Positions 6,313 through 15,741 are shown, counted from the first letter of the stretch. The stretch: DNA of 32,000 nucleotides from Pirellula staleyi DSM 6068 (GCA_000025185.1 CP001848.1:3750001-3782000); one strand, 5' to 3'. Translations and numbers: made by a program. Notes: generated by a model not told the origin, from the sequence alone.

Positions 6313-8013
6313 ATGCAGCGACTATGGAATCTGTACTTCATCGCTACTGCGGGACTGCTGCTGAGTTTCTTGGGAGGAGCGCAAGCCGCTGCTGCCGAGC
6401 GGCCGAATATCCTGTGGATCTCGCTCGAGGATATCAGCCCCGATTTGGGGTGTTACGGCGACGCATATGCCATCACCCCCAATCTCGACAAATTCGCAAG
6501 TGAAGGGGCCCGATTTGCCCGCGCGTTCACGCATGCGGGTGTTTGCGCACCGAGCCGTTCGGGCATTATCACAGGGATGTATCCGACGTCGATCGGCACA
6601 CACTACATGCGCTGCAAAGGTGTCCCTCCAGCCTATGTAAAGTGTTTTCCCGAATACCTGCGAGCAGCCGGGTATTACTGCACCAACGATACCAAAACCG
6701 ACTACAACTTCGACGTTCCCGTGAGTGCCTGGGATGACACGCGGCCCGGCGCACACTACAAGAATCGCCCTCGCTCGGATCAACCATTCTTTGCGGTGAT
6801 TAACCTCACTTCAACGCACGAGAGTCAGGTGCGACTCGCGCCGAGTGCTCAGCAAGTTCGTCGCAACTCGCTTAGCGAACAAGAGCGGCACGATCCGGCC
6901 AAGGCAGTTCTGCCACCGTACTATCCCGACACGCCTGTGGTGCGACAGGACTGGGCCAACTACTACGACAATCTTACCTTCGCTGATAAGCAGGTCGGGA
7001 AAATTTTGGCCGAGCTCGACGCAGCCGGATTGGCCAACAAAACGATTGTTGTCTGTTTTGGAGACCACGGTCGCGGTCTTTCGCGAGCTAAACGCTGGGT
7101 CTACGACTCCGGCATTCGCGTGCCTCTGATGGTGCGTTGGCCCTCCAAAATTGCTCCCGGAACGGTACGTGATGACCTTGTCGCTTTCGTCGATCTCGCA
7201 CCAACGATGCTTGCTCTCGCTGGGATTGAGCGTCCGCAACATTTTCAAGGTCAGGTGTTTCTCGGAGACGCAGCAGCAGCGCCACGCGATTACATCTATG
7301 CTGCTCGCGACCGGATGGATGAAACGCTCGATATCATTCGCGCCGTGCGAGACAAGCGTTTCAAGTACATCCGCAACTATCGCCCCGATCTTCCGTATGC
7401 TCAGCACATCGCTTACATGGATGAGATGCCAATGATGAAAGAGTGGCGTAAGCTGCATGCGGAAGGAAAGCTCGAAGGACCATCGAAGCTGTTCTTCGCA
7501 CCCACGAAGCCGCTCGAAGAACTCTACGATACCGACGCCGATCCGCATGAAATCAACAACCTCGCTGAAGATCCCAAGTTTGCCAAGGATCTCGAGCGTC
7601 TCCGGGCGGCCCACTTAGCATGGCGTGAATCGACCGGCGATTTGGGGCTGATTCCTGAAGCGGAAGTGATGGAGCGAGCGCGTCCTTCCGGAAAATTCGC
7701 GACGACCTCGAGCCCCGTTATTACGAAGTCGGAAGAGAAGTTGACGATCACTTGTGCTACCGAGGGCGCATCGATTGTGTATCGCTGGGAAACCGAGGCG
7801 GCTGATGATGCGCCAGCAGAAGCTGGAGATTTGCCACGCGAAAAACCTGCTGGTAAAGCCAAGGGAAAGCAGCAGGCAGGGGGACGCGGCACGAATGTAA
7901 GCTGGCGGCTTTACACAGGCCCGATGCCGGTGGTTCATGGTGCCAAGCTACGTGCCAAAGCGTGTCGGTTGGGGTATCTCGACAGTGAAGTCGCGGTGCT
8001 GCTGGCCGAGTGA
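6313..8013 (+). CDS. Exported sulfatase (formylglycine-dependent, arylsulfatase A-type) with a C-terminal chitobiase/Fn3-associated-like domain
   Basis: Signal peptide MQRLWNLYFIATAGLLLSFLGGAQAAAA. NILWISLEDISPDLGCYGD. Active-site CxPxR motif in GVCAPSRSGIITGMYP. C-terminal TITCATEGASIVYRW...YTGPMPVVHGAKLRAKACRLGYLDSEV. Confidence 0.9.
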   Translation: MQRLWNLYFIATAGLLLSFLGGAQAAAAERPNILWISLEDISPDLGCYGDAYAITPNLDKFASEGARFARAFTHAGVCAPSRSGIITGMYPTSIGTHYMRCKGVPPAYVKCFPEYLRAAGYYCTNDTKTDYNFDVPVSAWDDTRPGAHYKNRPRSDQPFFAVINLTSTHESQVRLAPSAQQVRRNSLSEQERHDPAKAVLPPYYPDTPVVRQDWANYYDNLTFADKQVGKILAELDAAGLANKTIVVCFGDHGRGLSRAKRWVYDSGIRVPLMVRWPSKIAPGTVRDDLVAFVDLAPTMLALAGIERPQHFQGQVFLGDAAAAPRDYIYAARDRMDETLDIIRAVRDKRFKYIRNYRPDLPYAQHIAYMDEMPMMKEWRKLHAEGKLEGPSKLFFAPTKPLEELYDTDADPHEINNLAEDPKFAKDLERLRAAHLAWRESTGDLGLIPEAEVMERARPSGKFATTSSPVITKSEEKLTITCATEGASIVYRWETEAADDAPAEAGDLPREKPAGKAKGKQQAGGRGTNVSWRLYTGPMPVVHGAKLRAKACRLGYLDSEVAVLLAE

Positions 8014-8074
8014 ATGCAATAGATCGGCAGCGCGATTGGTAAGCAGTTTAACTTTCGCGTCGGCTGACGAATTG

Positions 8075-9007
8075 CTAGACGCGATGCCCGAGTCCCTTGG
8101 TAAGGGCCATGAAAGCCGACTCGAGATTGACTTCTTCTTCGCGGAAAAGCCGAATTTTGTGACCAGCCGCCATGAGCAGCGGGCCAAGATCGGTGTAGTC
8201 CTCGACCCCCACATTGAGTTTGGCGGCGATTTGCGTTTTGTTGATGGTGACGCTCGCCACCATGTCTTGCTGCTCGAGTAGCTTGGCAGCGGCATCGATA
8301 TCGCCCGTCACTTCAATCAGCAGCACGATCTGCTGTCGCACTTGCTTCATCACTTCATCGACCGTGTTGCAGTGACTCATCACGCCCCGATCGATGATGC
8401 CGACTTTGTTACACATGTCCGCCAACTCTGGCAGAATGTGGCTCGAAACCATAATGGTTTTGCCCTGCGATCCCAAGCGGCGAAGCACAGCGCGCATTTC
8501 GATACGAGCCCGCGGGTCGAGGCCGCTGAGAGGTTCGTCGAGCAGCAGCACTTGGGGTTCGTGAAGCAGAACACGGGCCAAGCCTAGTCGCTGCGTCTGT
8601 CCGCGCGAAAGTGTGTTGGCGTAAGCATCGCGTTTGAAATCAAGATCGACGAGTTCTAGCTTTTCATTACAAACTTCGCGACGACGAGGGCCACGAATCC
8701 GATAAGCGGCTGCAAAGAACTCGAGATACTCAATCACCTTCATGTCGTCGTAGACACCAAAGAAATCGGGCATGTAGCCGACCAGGCGTCGAATTTCTTT
8801 CGGGTCGTGATAGATCGAATGGCCGCAAACGTAGGCTTCGCCGTAGGTCGGGTTCAGCAGCGTTGCCAGAATCTTCATCGTGGTCGTTTTACCGGCACCG
8901 TTGGGACCGATGAAGCCGAACAGATCGCCAGCCTCAAGATTGAGGTCGATGGAGCGAATCGCATACGACTCGCCATAGCGTTTGGTCAGGTCAACGGTCT
9001 TAATCAC
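8075..9007 (-). CDS. ABC transporter ATP-binding protein (ABC-2/NatA-like, with C-terminal accessory domain)
   Basis: Walker A GPNGAGKTT, signature LSRGQTQRL, Walker B LLLDEP, H-loop SSHIL. GTG start at 9007 overlaps the upstream stop (GTGA). Confidence 0.9.
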   Translation of the reverse strand: MIKTVDLTKRYGESYAIRSIDLNLEAGDLFGFIGPNGAGKTTTMKILATLLNPTYGEAYVCGHSIYHDPKEIRRLVGYMPDFFGVYDDMKVIEYLEFFAAAYRIRGPRRREVCNEKLELVDLDFKRDAYANTLSRGQTQRLGLARVLLHEPQVLLLDEPLSGLDPRARIEMRAVLRRLGSQGKTIMVSSHILPELADMCNKVGIIDRGVMSHCNTVDEVMKQVRQQIVLLIEVTGDIDAAAKLLEQQDMVASVTINKTQIAAKLNVGVEDYTDLGPLLMAAGHKIRLFREEEVNLESAFMALTKGLGHRV

Positions 9008-11244
9008 GACGATGGTTCCTCGCTGCGATCCGTGGTGGTCGTGCTCGATGATTCGCGAATGCCGCTGGCTGCCGTCGTTTTCGGCTCGAGCGGAGCGACA
9101 GGAAGCACCACGCGAATCAGGGTGATCGATTTCGTGGCGACAATCGGTTGGTCGTCGATCTTGATGGTCGAGACGGGACTATCTAGGTTTCCAACCAGCA
9201 CCGCGCGGCCCCCCCGCAAGTGGTTCGTAAAATCGATGTTGGTTTGGTAGCGATGCGAAAGTCCGGTGTAGTTCGCGCCACGCACTGAGTCGTAGAACAT
9301 CATCATCTGCAAAATGCGTGGCAGGTCGGTCGACTGCTGGTTCCAGGGGGTCGAGACATCTTTCTCTCCCACCACCATTTTTTGCGTCAGACGCGCTTCC
9401 AGATTCAGCGGCGAAATGCGATCGATCGAAACGGGCTGCCCGGGTGAGAGTTTGTCGATCCGGTAAAGCCATTCACCGTAAACCAGCAGGCATTGGGATA
9501 ACTGTACATCGATGGGGGACGACACAGTTCCAGCGAGCAGGCCGTATTGACCCATGCGTAAGTCGCACTTCGATACGCCTGTCGCTTTAGCCGTCCAGCG
9601 TCCCGAAATTGATTTCGACGACGCACTTTGCAGCGGCAATTGCTCTAGTCGACTTGAGTGGGTGGTGACTGACGGTGGTGAGGCAAAGTAAGGTTCGACG
9701 TCGGCCAGTTGCACTTGTCGCGACGAAAGTCCCCCTAAGCCATCGCCAGGAAGTCCTTGAAAGTCGAGCGTACCACGCAGTGTCTCGTTTTGAAGCTGAA
9801 ACGGAGGCGATTGCGGCTCGAGCGAAAGGGAGAGTCGCTCGCTTTGTGGCGTGTAAAGATGAATCCAGCTAGTGCTGCGAATGGTCGACGTCGTAGGGTC
9901 GATGTCAATCAGTTCCACATGGTTGAGTTTGGGCTCAGTTCCATGGGCAGCGAGTCCCAGGTACCAGCCGAGTAAGCAGAATAGCAAGGTGGTGGTGGGA
10001 AAACTGATCCAGGTTATCCAGCGAGGGAGTCCAAGTCCGGAGACAAAAAAGTAATCACCGGGACCGATAATCAGCAGATAGACGAGCGTCAAAACAGCAA
10101 CCGTTGTGAAGTTCACCAGCGTGACGTCGCTGAACTGATCGAGCGCGGCTCGAAGTTGACCCACCAAGTCCGTAAAGCCGAGATGGTTCACGGTGCGCCG
10201 TGAGACGTCGCGATCTTGCTGCTGCTGATCGCGCGTCCGTTGCATGAGGGCAGCTAGAAGCCGCGACCGGCCTTTCCAAGTGGCGATCGACGGATGATCG
10301 AGTTCGATTGCGATGACTTGCACTTCTCCAAGCCCTGAGGGGCCTCGAACCGCCAAAGGACGTCCTGCTGCGACGCCACCTTCGTCGAGTTCAATACGTC
10401 CACCAACGTTCGTGAGTGCGAGCACTTCAGGGCGATCGGCGCCCAGCGTCAACTGCGAGCCACTCAAGGTTTCCAGTCCCACACGATCGCGAAGTGGCGT
10501 TCCAGGAGCTGTCTGGCAAGGGAGCAGCGACTTCCAAGGTTCGTTTTGCAGTGCATCGCTCGCTGCCGAACCTGCGGAAAGAATCAATCGCCCACCGCCA
10601 AGCGTGTAATCGGCGATCGCCTGCTGCTGCTGCGTGGTAAGCTTGGCAAACAGCCCTTTTTCGCTCGTGCTTAGGAGTATTGCGTCGATACCTTCAAAGC
10701 CCCAAGCCTGATCGGGAAGCTCATCGACCGACTCCACTCGGGCGAGAGCGTAGGCACTATCCTCCGAGCGAGGAGAGAGTTTTTGTGCCTCCTCCATGCC
10801 GAGTGGCGATCCGATGGTCAGAACAAGTTCGCGCGTCGCAGCGAGGGGTTTTCCACCTCGAAACGAAATCGCTTTTTCGCTAACGATCTTTCCTTGCACA
10901 AGCAACTCTACCGTCGCGGGAGTTGGCTGCGGACCGACTTTGAAGTAGATGGTGGTTGTAAGTTCTTGCCCCGTAGCGCTGGCCGCGAGTTGCGAGAGAT
11001 TCCCCTCGCCAGCTTGGTAGATCACAGGCACAGCGTCGCCATCGACACCACGCACACGAAGCTCGGCTTCCGACGCTTCGGTGAGCCCTTGAATCGTTAC
11101 GCGAACGGGGGTGAGAAATCCGGCTTTCGCTTGCCCTTCAAATCCGACAGCGACGCTCGATATCGCTACCTGTTGAGGGGCATCGGCGAGCGCAGGAGCG
11201 ACCGCGAACAAGAGAAGTGTGATCGCTAGAAGGCAAAATCGCAT
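9004..11244 (-). CDS. Large exported/membrane protein of unknown function, translationally coupled to the ABC ATPase
   Basis: ATG at 11244 gives the signal peptide MRFCLLAITLLLFAVAPALA/DAP (the ORF track starts at GTG 11256). Central hydrophobic pair VAVLTLVYLLIIGPGDYFFV and ISFPTTTLLFCLLGWYLGLAA. GATase1-like block IDAILLS...AIADYTLGGGRLIL. Confidence 0.8.
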   Translation of the reverse strand: MRFCLLAITLLLFAVAPALADAPQQVAISSVAVGFEGQAKAGFLTPVRVTIQGLTEASEAELRVRGVDGDAVPVIYQAGEGNLSQLAASATGQELTTTIYFKVGPQPTPATVELLVQGKIVSEKAISFRGGKPLAATRELVLTIGSPLGMEEAQKLSPRSEDSAYALARVESVDELPDQAWGFEGIDAILLSTSEKGLFAKLTTQQQQAIADYTLGGGRLILSAGSAASDALQNEPWKSLLPCQTAPGTPLRDRVGLETLSGSQLTLGADRPEVLALTNVGGRIELDEGGVAAGRPLAVRGPSGLGEVQVIAIELDHPSIATWKGRSRLLAALMQRTRDQQQQDRDVSRRTVNHLGFTDLVGQLRAALDQFSDVTLVNFTTVAVLTLVYLLIIGPGDYFFVSGLGLPRWITWISFPTTTLLFCLLGWYLGLAAHGTEPKLNHVELIDIDPTTSTIRSTSWIHLYTPQSERLSLSLEPQSPPFQLQNETLRGTLDFQGLPGDGLGGLSSRQVQLADVEPYFASPPSVTTHSSRLEQLPLQSASSKSISGRWTAKATGVSKCDLRMGQYGLLAGTVSSPIDVQLSQCLLVYGEWLYRIDKLSPGQPVSIDRISPLNLEARLTQKMVVGEKDVSTPWNQQSTDLPRILQMMMFYDSVRGANYTGLSHRYQTNIDFTNHLRGGRAVLVGNLDSPVSTIKIDDQPIVATKSITLIRVVLPVAPLEPKTTAASGIRESSSTTTTDRSEEPSS

Positions 11245-11374
11245 CACAACCTGCACGAAGTAGCCAAGACAAGCTCAAAACCGGCCGATTCAGCGGGAAC
11301 AAGCAGTGCGGGAAACATGCAGAATAGCTCGCCAGTGGCTCGGGGGAAATGGGCGAAACGGTTAAGGTTTTCCG

Positions 11375-11719
11375 CTAAGGCTTCTCGCTCGAGGGGCAGG
11401 TGCACACAAGCTTGCTACAACCGGGACATCCACCCCCATATTTGCGTGCCACCGCTTCGGTTAGGTCGACTCCCGCCACATTCGCCATCGTAACAAGCCA
11501 CGCGAGCACATCGGCAAATTCACCTCGTCGCTCGTCTGGCGATCCGCTCCGAAGCGAGGTGGCGAGTTCCCCCACCTCTTCCATGAACCAGACAAACGTC
11601 CCTTCTAGCCCACGTGCTTTGTCTTTATCGAAGTACATCGCACGAATGAGTTGCTGAAGTTCCGCCAGTGAGATCGTCGGTGAAGGCTTCGGCGAGGCTG
11701 GGACAGCAGGAGTTTCCAC
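11375..11719 (-). CDS. MazG-like nucleotide pyrophosphohydrolase domain protein with a Cys-rich tail
   Basis: FMEEVGELA and EFADVLAWLVTMAN helices are typical of MazG-type all-alpha NTP-PPases. GTG start at 11719 with GAGGA 10 nt upstream. C-terminus GGGCPGCSKLVCTCP. Confidence 0.75.
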   Translation of the reverse strand: METPAVPASPKPSPTISLAELQQLIRAMYFDKDKARGLEGTFVWFMEEVGELATSLRSGSPDERRGEFADVLAWLVTMANVAGVDLTEAVARKYGGGCPGCSKLVCTCPSSEKP

Positions 11720-11910
11720 GACGAATGATCCTCGGAGGGTAGTACGTCTGCCTCGAGCAGAAGTTCGCCGGAAGGCGATCCCCTGTCGAACAATTTCACG
11801 AGTTTACTATAGTAAGAGGATCACGACCGCTTGAGGACCGCCCTTGGCAGTGCTGAGCGTGCTCCGCGCTCAAGATTGGCCGGTTCACGTCAGCCAGAGA
11901 AAGCAGATCG

Positions 11911-12234
11911 ATGTCTCAATTCACCACCGTTGCCAAAACCAGTGACATCCCACCCGGCGAGGGGCGTTCGTATGCCGTCGATGGTCGAATGGTGGCGGTG
12001 TTCAACGAAGGGGGCGAGTTTCACGCCATCGACGACTTTTGTCCCCACATGGGGGCTTCGCTGGCTGGCGGGCACATGGAAAAGGGACTCGTCAGTTGCC
12101 CGTGGCACGCTTGGCGATTTTGTGTGAAAAGTGGCCAGTGGGCCGACAATCCCAAAATCAAAATCGACTGCTTTGAACTGCGCGTTGTCGGGGACGAAAT
12201 TCAAATCGGCTCCCCGTTTCGCAAGACAACTTAA
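11911..12234 (+). CDS. Small Rieske [2Fe-2S] protein, NirD-like
   Basis: CPHMG...(17 aa)...CPWHAWRF (CxH / CxxH Rieske ligands). 107 aa, the size and layout of nitrite reductase small-subunit-like ferredoxins. Confidence 0.85.
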   Translation: MSQFTTVAKTSDIPPGEGRSYAVDGRMVAVFNEGGEFHAIDDFCPHMGASLAGGHMEKGLVSCPWHAWRFCVKSGQWADNPKIKIDCFELRVVGDEIQIGSPFRKTT

Positions 12235-12271
12235 GATAGCGATGTTCTAATCTCGCTGGTTCCTCGAACTG

Positions 12272-13213
12272 CTACTCTTCGAGAAACTTAGTGGTGATCG
12301 ACGTTTCAATCGTGGTCCGAATCGTCGTCTCGCGATATTTCTTTTCCGTCGTCAGTTTGTTCGTCTGTGCAGCGGTTTGCACGCGACCTTTGTCGATGTC
12401 GAAATTCGTTTCGCCCGATTGAACTTCTTCAATAATCTTGAGCGTATCGGCTTTCCCTTCACCTGCAGCTGTGTTGACCTTCGAGGTCGTTTTGATCATA
12501 GCCACCGAGGGGTTCGATTTCACACTTTCGAGCCGATAGGTTGTTTCGAGTTCGAGTGGTGGTGCTGCTTCTCGGCCGGGGGACAGTACGGTTTGCATCC
12601 ACTGATCGCCAATTTTCACTGGTTTTTCAGGGAGCAGCAAAATAGTTTTCGCCATGGCTGCTTCTGCGGAGGGGGCCTTCTCCGAGGTGGCTTTCTCAGG
12701 CGATTCTTCAGCAGCTGCTTCCTCCTGGATTGGGGTGATTGTTACCTCGCCACGGGGCGTGAGTTGCAGCGTATGTTTTTTTGTGAGAAGCGGCTGCACA
12801 GCATCGGCGATGATCGCTTGCACACCGACCGGCCGTGATTTCGCGGCGGAATCGTAACGAACTTCCCCCAGTTCGGGAGTTCGCATCTCCATCATTAAGC
12901 GATCGACCGATTGTGTCAGTGTCGTCTCTTTCTCACTGGTCGCCTCGACTTTCCAAAGGAGGTGAGTCGTGATCTTCGTGGTCGACTCTTGCACTTTACC
13001 AGCGGTGTTCACCGAGGTTTTGATGCTGGTGATCATTTCGATTTTCTGCGTGTCGCCAGCTTTCCATTTCCAGACCAGCGTGACTGGATCGGGGGACGGA
13101 GCGACATCGTTGGCGGGCTCTTGAGCTCGCACAGTGACTGGAATGATCAGTAGCGTGAAGCAGCAAGTCGCGAAAAAAACACCCAGCATCGTCGTGCGGT
13201 GGCCCATCATCAT
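12272..13213 (-). CDS. Exported beta-rich hypothetical protein
   Basis: ATGATGATG at 13213 preceded by AAGGA. Signal peptide MMMGHRTTMLGVFFATCCFTLLIIPVTVRA/QEP. The mature part is T/K/E-rich with alternating pattern. No family recognised with confidence. Confidence 0.7.
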   Translation of the reverse strand: MMMGHRTTMLGVFFATCCFTLLIIPVTVRAQEPANDVAPSPDPVTLVWKWKAGDTQKIEMITSIKTSVNTAGKVQESTTKITTHLLWKVEATSEKETTLTQSVDRLMMEMRTPELGEVRYDSAAKSRPVGVQAIIADAVQPLLTKKHTLQLTPRGEVTITPIQEEAAAEESPEKATSEKAPSAEAAMAKTILLLPEKPVKIGDQWMQTVLSPGREAAPPLELETTYRLESVKSNPSVAMIKTTSKVNTAAGEGKADTLKIIEEVQSGETNFDIDKGRVQTAAQTNKLTTEKKYRETTIRTTIETSITTKFLEE

Positions 13214-13254
13214 TTCCGTCCTTCTCAGGGAGAGTCGCTGCGTGATTCGGCTTT

Positions 13255-13935
13255 TTAGATTTCGATCGCTTCGCCCGGTTTCAGCACAATCGCTTTGCTG
13301 CTGGTATCGCGGTGAATGGCAGCACCCCATTCGTCGGTATCGACAGTAATGGGGGGCCATGTGCCGTGATGTGTCGGAAGCACCATCCGAGCGCCGAGCA
13401 GTTTGGCTGCCAGCACCGAGTCGTCGATGCCCATGGTGTAGAAGTCACCGATGGGGAGCACCGCCACATCCAGTCCACCATGCGTAAACAACTGCATGTC
13501 GCTAAAGAGAGCGGTATCGCATGCAAAATAGATCCGCTTCCCTTCGCTCGTGAGGATAAAACCGGCCGGGGCACCTCCATAAGTTCCGTCAGGAAGTTGC
13601 GAACTGTGCCAAGCAGGAACCATCTTCAGCGTGCCGATCGATACGCTGGTCGAACCACCCAGGTTCATGCCAACGACATTTTTTACACCCGCTGTTTTGG
13701 CGATCCAGGTAGCGATTTCGTAGTTGGCAACAACGGTTGCGCTGGTGCGATTGGCAATCGCAGCCGCATCGGCCATATGATCGAAATGTCCATGCGACAG
13801 CAGAATCGTATCGACTTCGACCTGGGCCGCTTTCATCGAGGCGGCAGGATTGTCGTCGAGAAACGGATCGAGAATCGCACGGCCACCCGCTGCTTCAATC
13901 AGCCAGGTGGCATGTCCAAGCCAAGTCAGTTTCAT
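13255..13935 (-). CDS. Metallo-beta-lactamase-fold hydrolase (UPF0173-like)
   Basis: MKLTWLGHATWLIE N-terminus and the HxHxDH motif LLSHGHFDH. 226 aa. Confidence 0.85.
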   Translation of the reverse strand: MKLTWLGHATWLIEAAGGRAILDPFLDDNPAASMKAAQVEVDTILLSHGHFDHMADAAAIANRTSATVVANYEIATWIAKTAGVKNVVGMNLGGSTSVSIGTLKMVPAWHSSQLPDGTYGGAPAGFILTSEGKRIYFACDTALFSDMQLFTHGGLDVAVLPIGDFYTMGIDDSVLAAKLLGARMVLPTHHGTWPPITVDTDEWGAAIHRDTSSKAIVLKPGEAIEI

Positions 13936-13979
13936 CGAAGTCTCTCTGACGTTGATGAGTCGCGAAGATCCAAAAACGC

Positions 13980-15395
13980 TTATTTTCCAGCCAGAATCTT
14001 CTGCATCGCCGCCTTATATTTCTGCACGCCGGGCTGGCCGTACGGATTGATGCCGATCAGCCGACCTTCCACGACGGTGGCAATCATCAGCATCTGAAAC
14101 ATCTGGCCGAGCGACCATTCGTCGGAGGCTGGAAGCTTGAGATCGGCGGTGGGGCGACCATCTTCCTTGTAGGCGGCATTCGTTCCTTCGACGGCAGCCG
14201 ACATCAGTTCGCAAAGGGATTTGTCGGCTAGACCGTTGAGTTTGTCCTGGTCGAGGTCGCTCTTACCCACCTTCAGAGCGTCGAATCGCCACTTGTCGAG
14301 CACTACGTTCGTGAACAACTTGTCGCGTTTGCCTTGCTGATGTTGCTGTGCTCGCGAGTGAAGATCACGGGTGTTGACGGTGGTGAGTGGTGTGGCACCC
14401 ATCAGTTGTTTGCCGAGGCTTTCGGCGAGGAGTTGGTCGTACCAGAGTCCTACTGATTCGAGTGACTTAGCCCAAACGCTGAGGACGCGGATGTTGGCGC
14501 CACGACGCATCTCCATCAAGTGCGCCAGACCAACATACTTCAGCACAACATTCTCAGCAGGTTTTGCGGTACGGAAATGCTCGTTCATCGCCGCCGCTCC
14601 TTCTAGAAGCGTGATGATGTCGAGTCCCATGACTGCTGCTGGGAGCAAACCAACTGCAGACAAAATCGAGAAGCGTCCACCTACACCATCGGGAACGGGG
14701 AATTTCTCTTGGCAACCGATTGCCGTTGAGAGGTCGAACAGCCGTCCGCTGGTTCCGGTCACAGGGACCACCAACTTGGCAGCAGCTTCGCGGCTTCCGG
14801 TCGATTTCTCGAGAGCGGCAAAAAACTGCCGGAATGCAACGGCTGTTTCAAGCGTTTCGCCACTCTTGCTGATCACCACAATGGCCCAGCGATCGTCGAC
14901 ACTCGTCGCTGGTTTGCTGCCGAGTAAATGGAGTAGACCTTGCGAAGAATCGTTGTCGATATTGTTCCCTTCGAAGTAGATGCGAGGGCATCCACCACGA
15001 TCGGCCCGCGAGAGTTCGTTGTAATAGGGCTGGCAGCAACCTTCCATCAAAGCGCGAGCACCCATGTACGACCCGCCAATGCCGAGCACCACGACGCGGT
15101 CGACTTGCGACTTAAGCATGGCAGCGGTGGCCAGAATACGACCTAGTTCACTACCGGTTTTGTCGGCTTTGTACTCGGCCAGCAGTCGCTCGGGCATGGA
15201 GAAAAACGCGGCATCGAGTGGCTGTTTGTGCGCGGGGATCTGTTTGCTTGCATACTCCTTTTCATCGTCAACCAGCATCTCCTGACGGGCTCGCTCGAGC
15301 GAGGGAGCCAAATGCTCGAGATCGCGCGGGTCGATGCCATACTCTGGATGAAACGAACCAGTGGGATCGAACGAAAGGAGGGAGCGCGACGACAT
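13980..15395 (-). CDS. pgi: Glucose-6-phosphate isomerase
   Basis: VVLGIGGSYMGARAL, VVISKSGETLET and a length of about 470 aa are typical of short bacterial/archaeal-type PGI. Confidence 0.9.
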   Translation of the reverse strand: MSSRSLLSFDPTGSFHPEYGIDPRDLEHLAPSLERARQEMLVDDEKEYASKQIPAHKQPLDAAFFSMPERLLAEYKADKTGSELGRILATAAMLKSQVDRVVVLGIGGSYMGARALMEGCCQPYYNELSRADRGGCPRIYFEGNNIDNDSSQGLLHLLGSKPATSVDDRWAIVVISKSGETLETAVAFRQFFAALEKSTGSREAAAKLVVPVTGTSGRLFDLSTAIGCQEKFPVPDGVGGRFSILSAVGLLPAAVMGLDIITLLEGAAAMNEHFRTAKPAENVVLKYVGLAHLMEMRRGANIRVLSVWAKSLESVGLWYDQLLAESLGKQLMGATPLTTVNTRDLHSRAQQHQQGKRDKLFTNVVLDKWRFDALKVGKSDLDQDKLNGLADKSLCELMSAAVEGTNAAYKEDGRPTADLKLPASDEWSLGQMFQMLMIATVVEGRLIGINPYGQPGVQKYKAAMQKILAGK

Positions 15396-15741
15396 ACGAG
15401 AGACTCCGGCGTTGGCAAACGGATGATCGAGGATAAGGGAGCGATGAATCGGCCGGCGCGGCGGGAGAGTTGCGGCGGACCATGCGTGTCAAAATACCCC
15501 TGGATGCTGCTGCTCGCCAGCGGTGCTAAGGGAACGAATGCCCCAAGACCTTCTGAGCCGCTGTCGTCAAAAGCGGGGGGCGAATTTGTGGGGCTCTTGT
15601 GTAAAGCGGCATTTCTGGTACGAACACCGAATGGGCAGCTGGCGAATCCAATCCAATTCGCTGATGCGATGCCACTGCGCACGCTGCTGTTTCTTCCGCA
15701 CAAAATACAACTTCCTGCCGAAATATAAGGGATTCTGCTCC

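Noticed and set aside
8014-8074. A search for an intrinsic terminator between the convergent sulfatase and ABC ATPase genes.
   Set aside because: Only a 5-bp CGCGA/TCGCG pairing with a ~19-nt loop and no U-tract was found, which is too weak to call.
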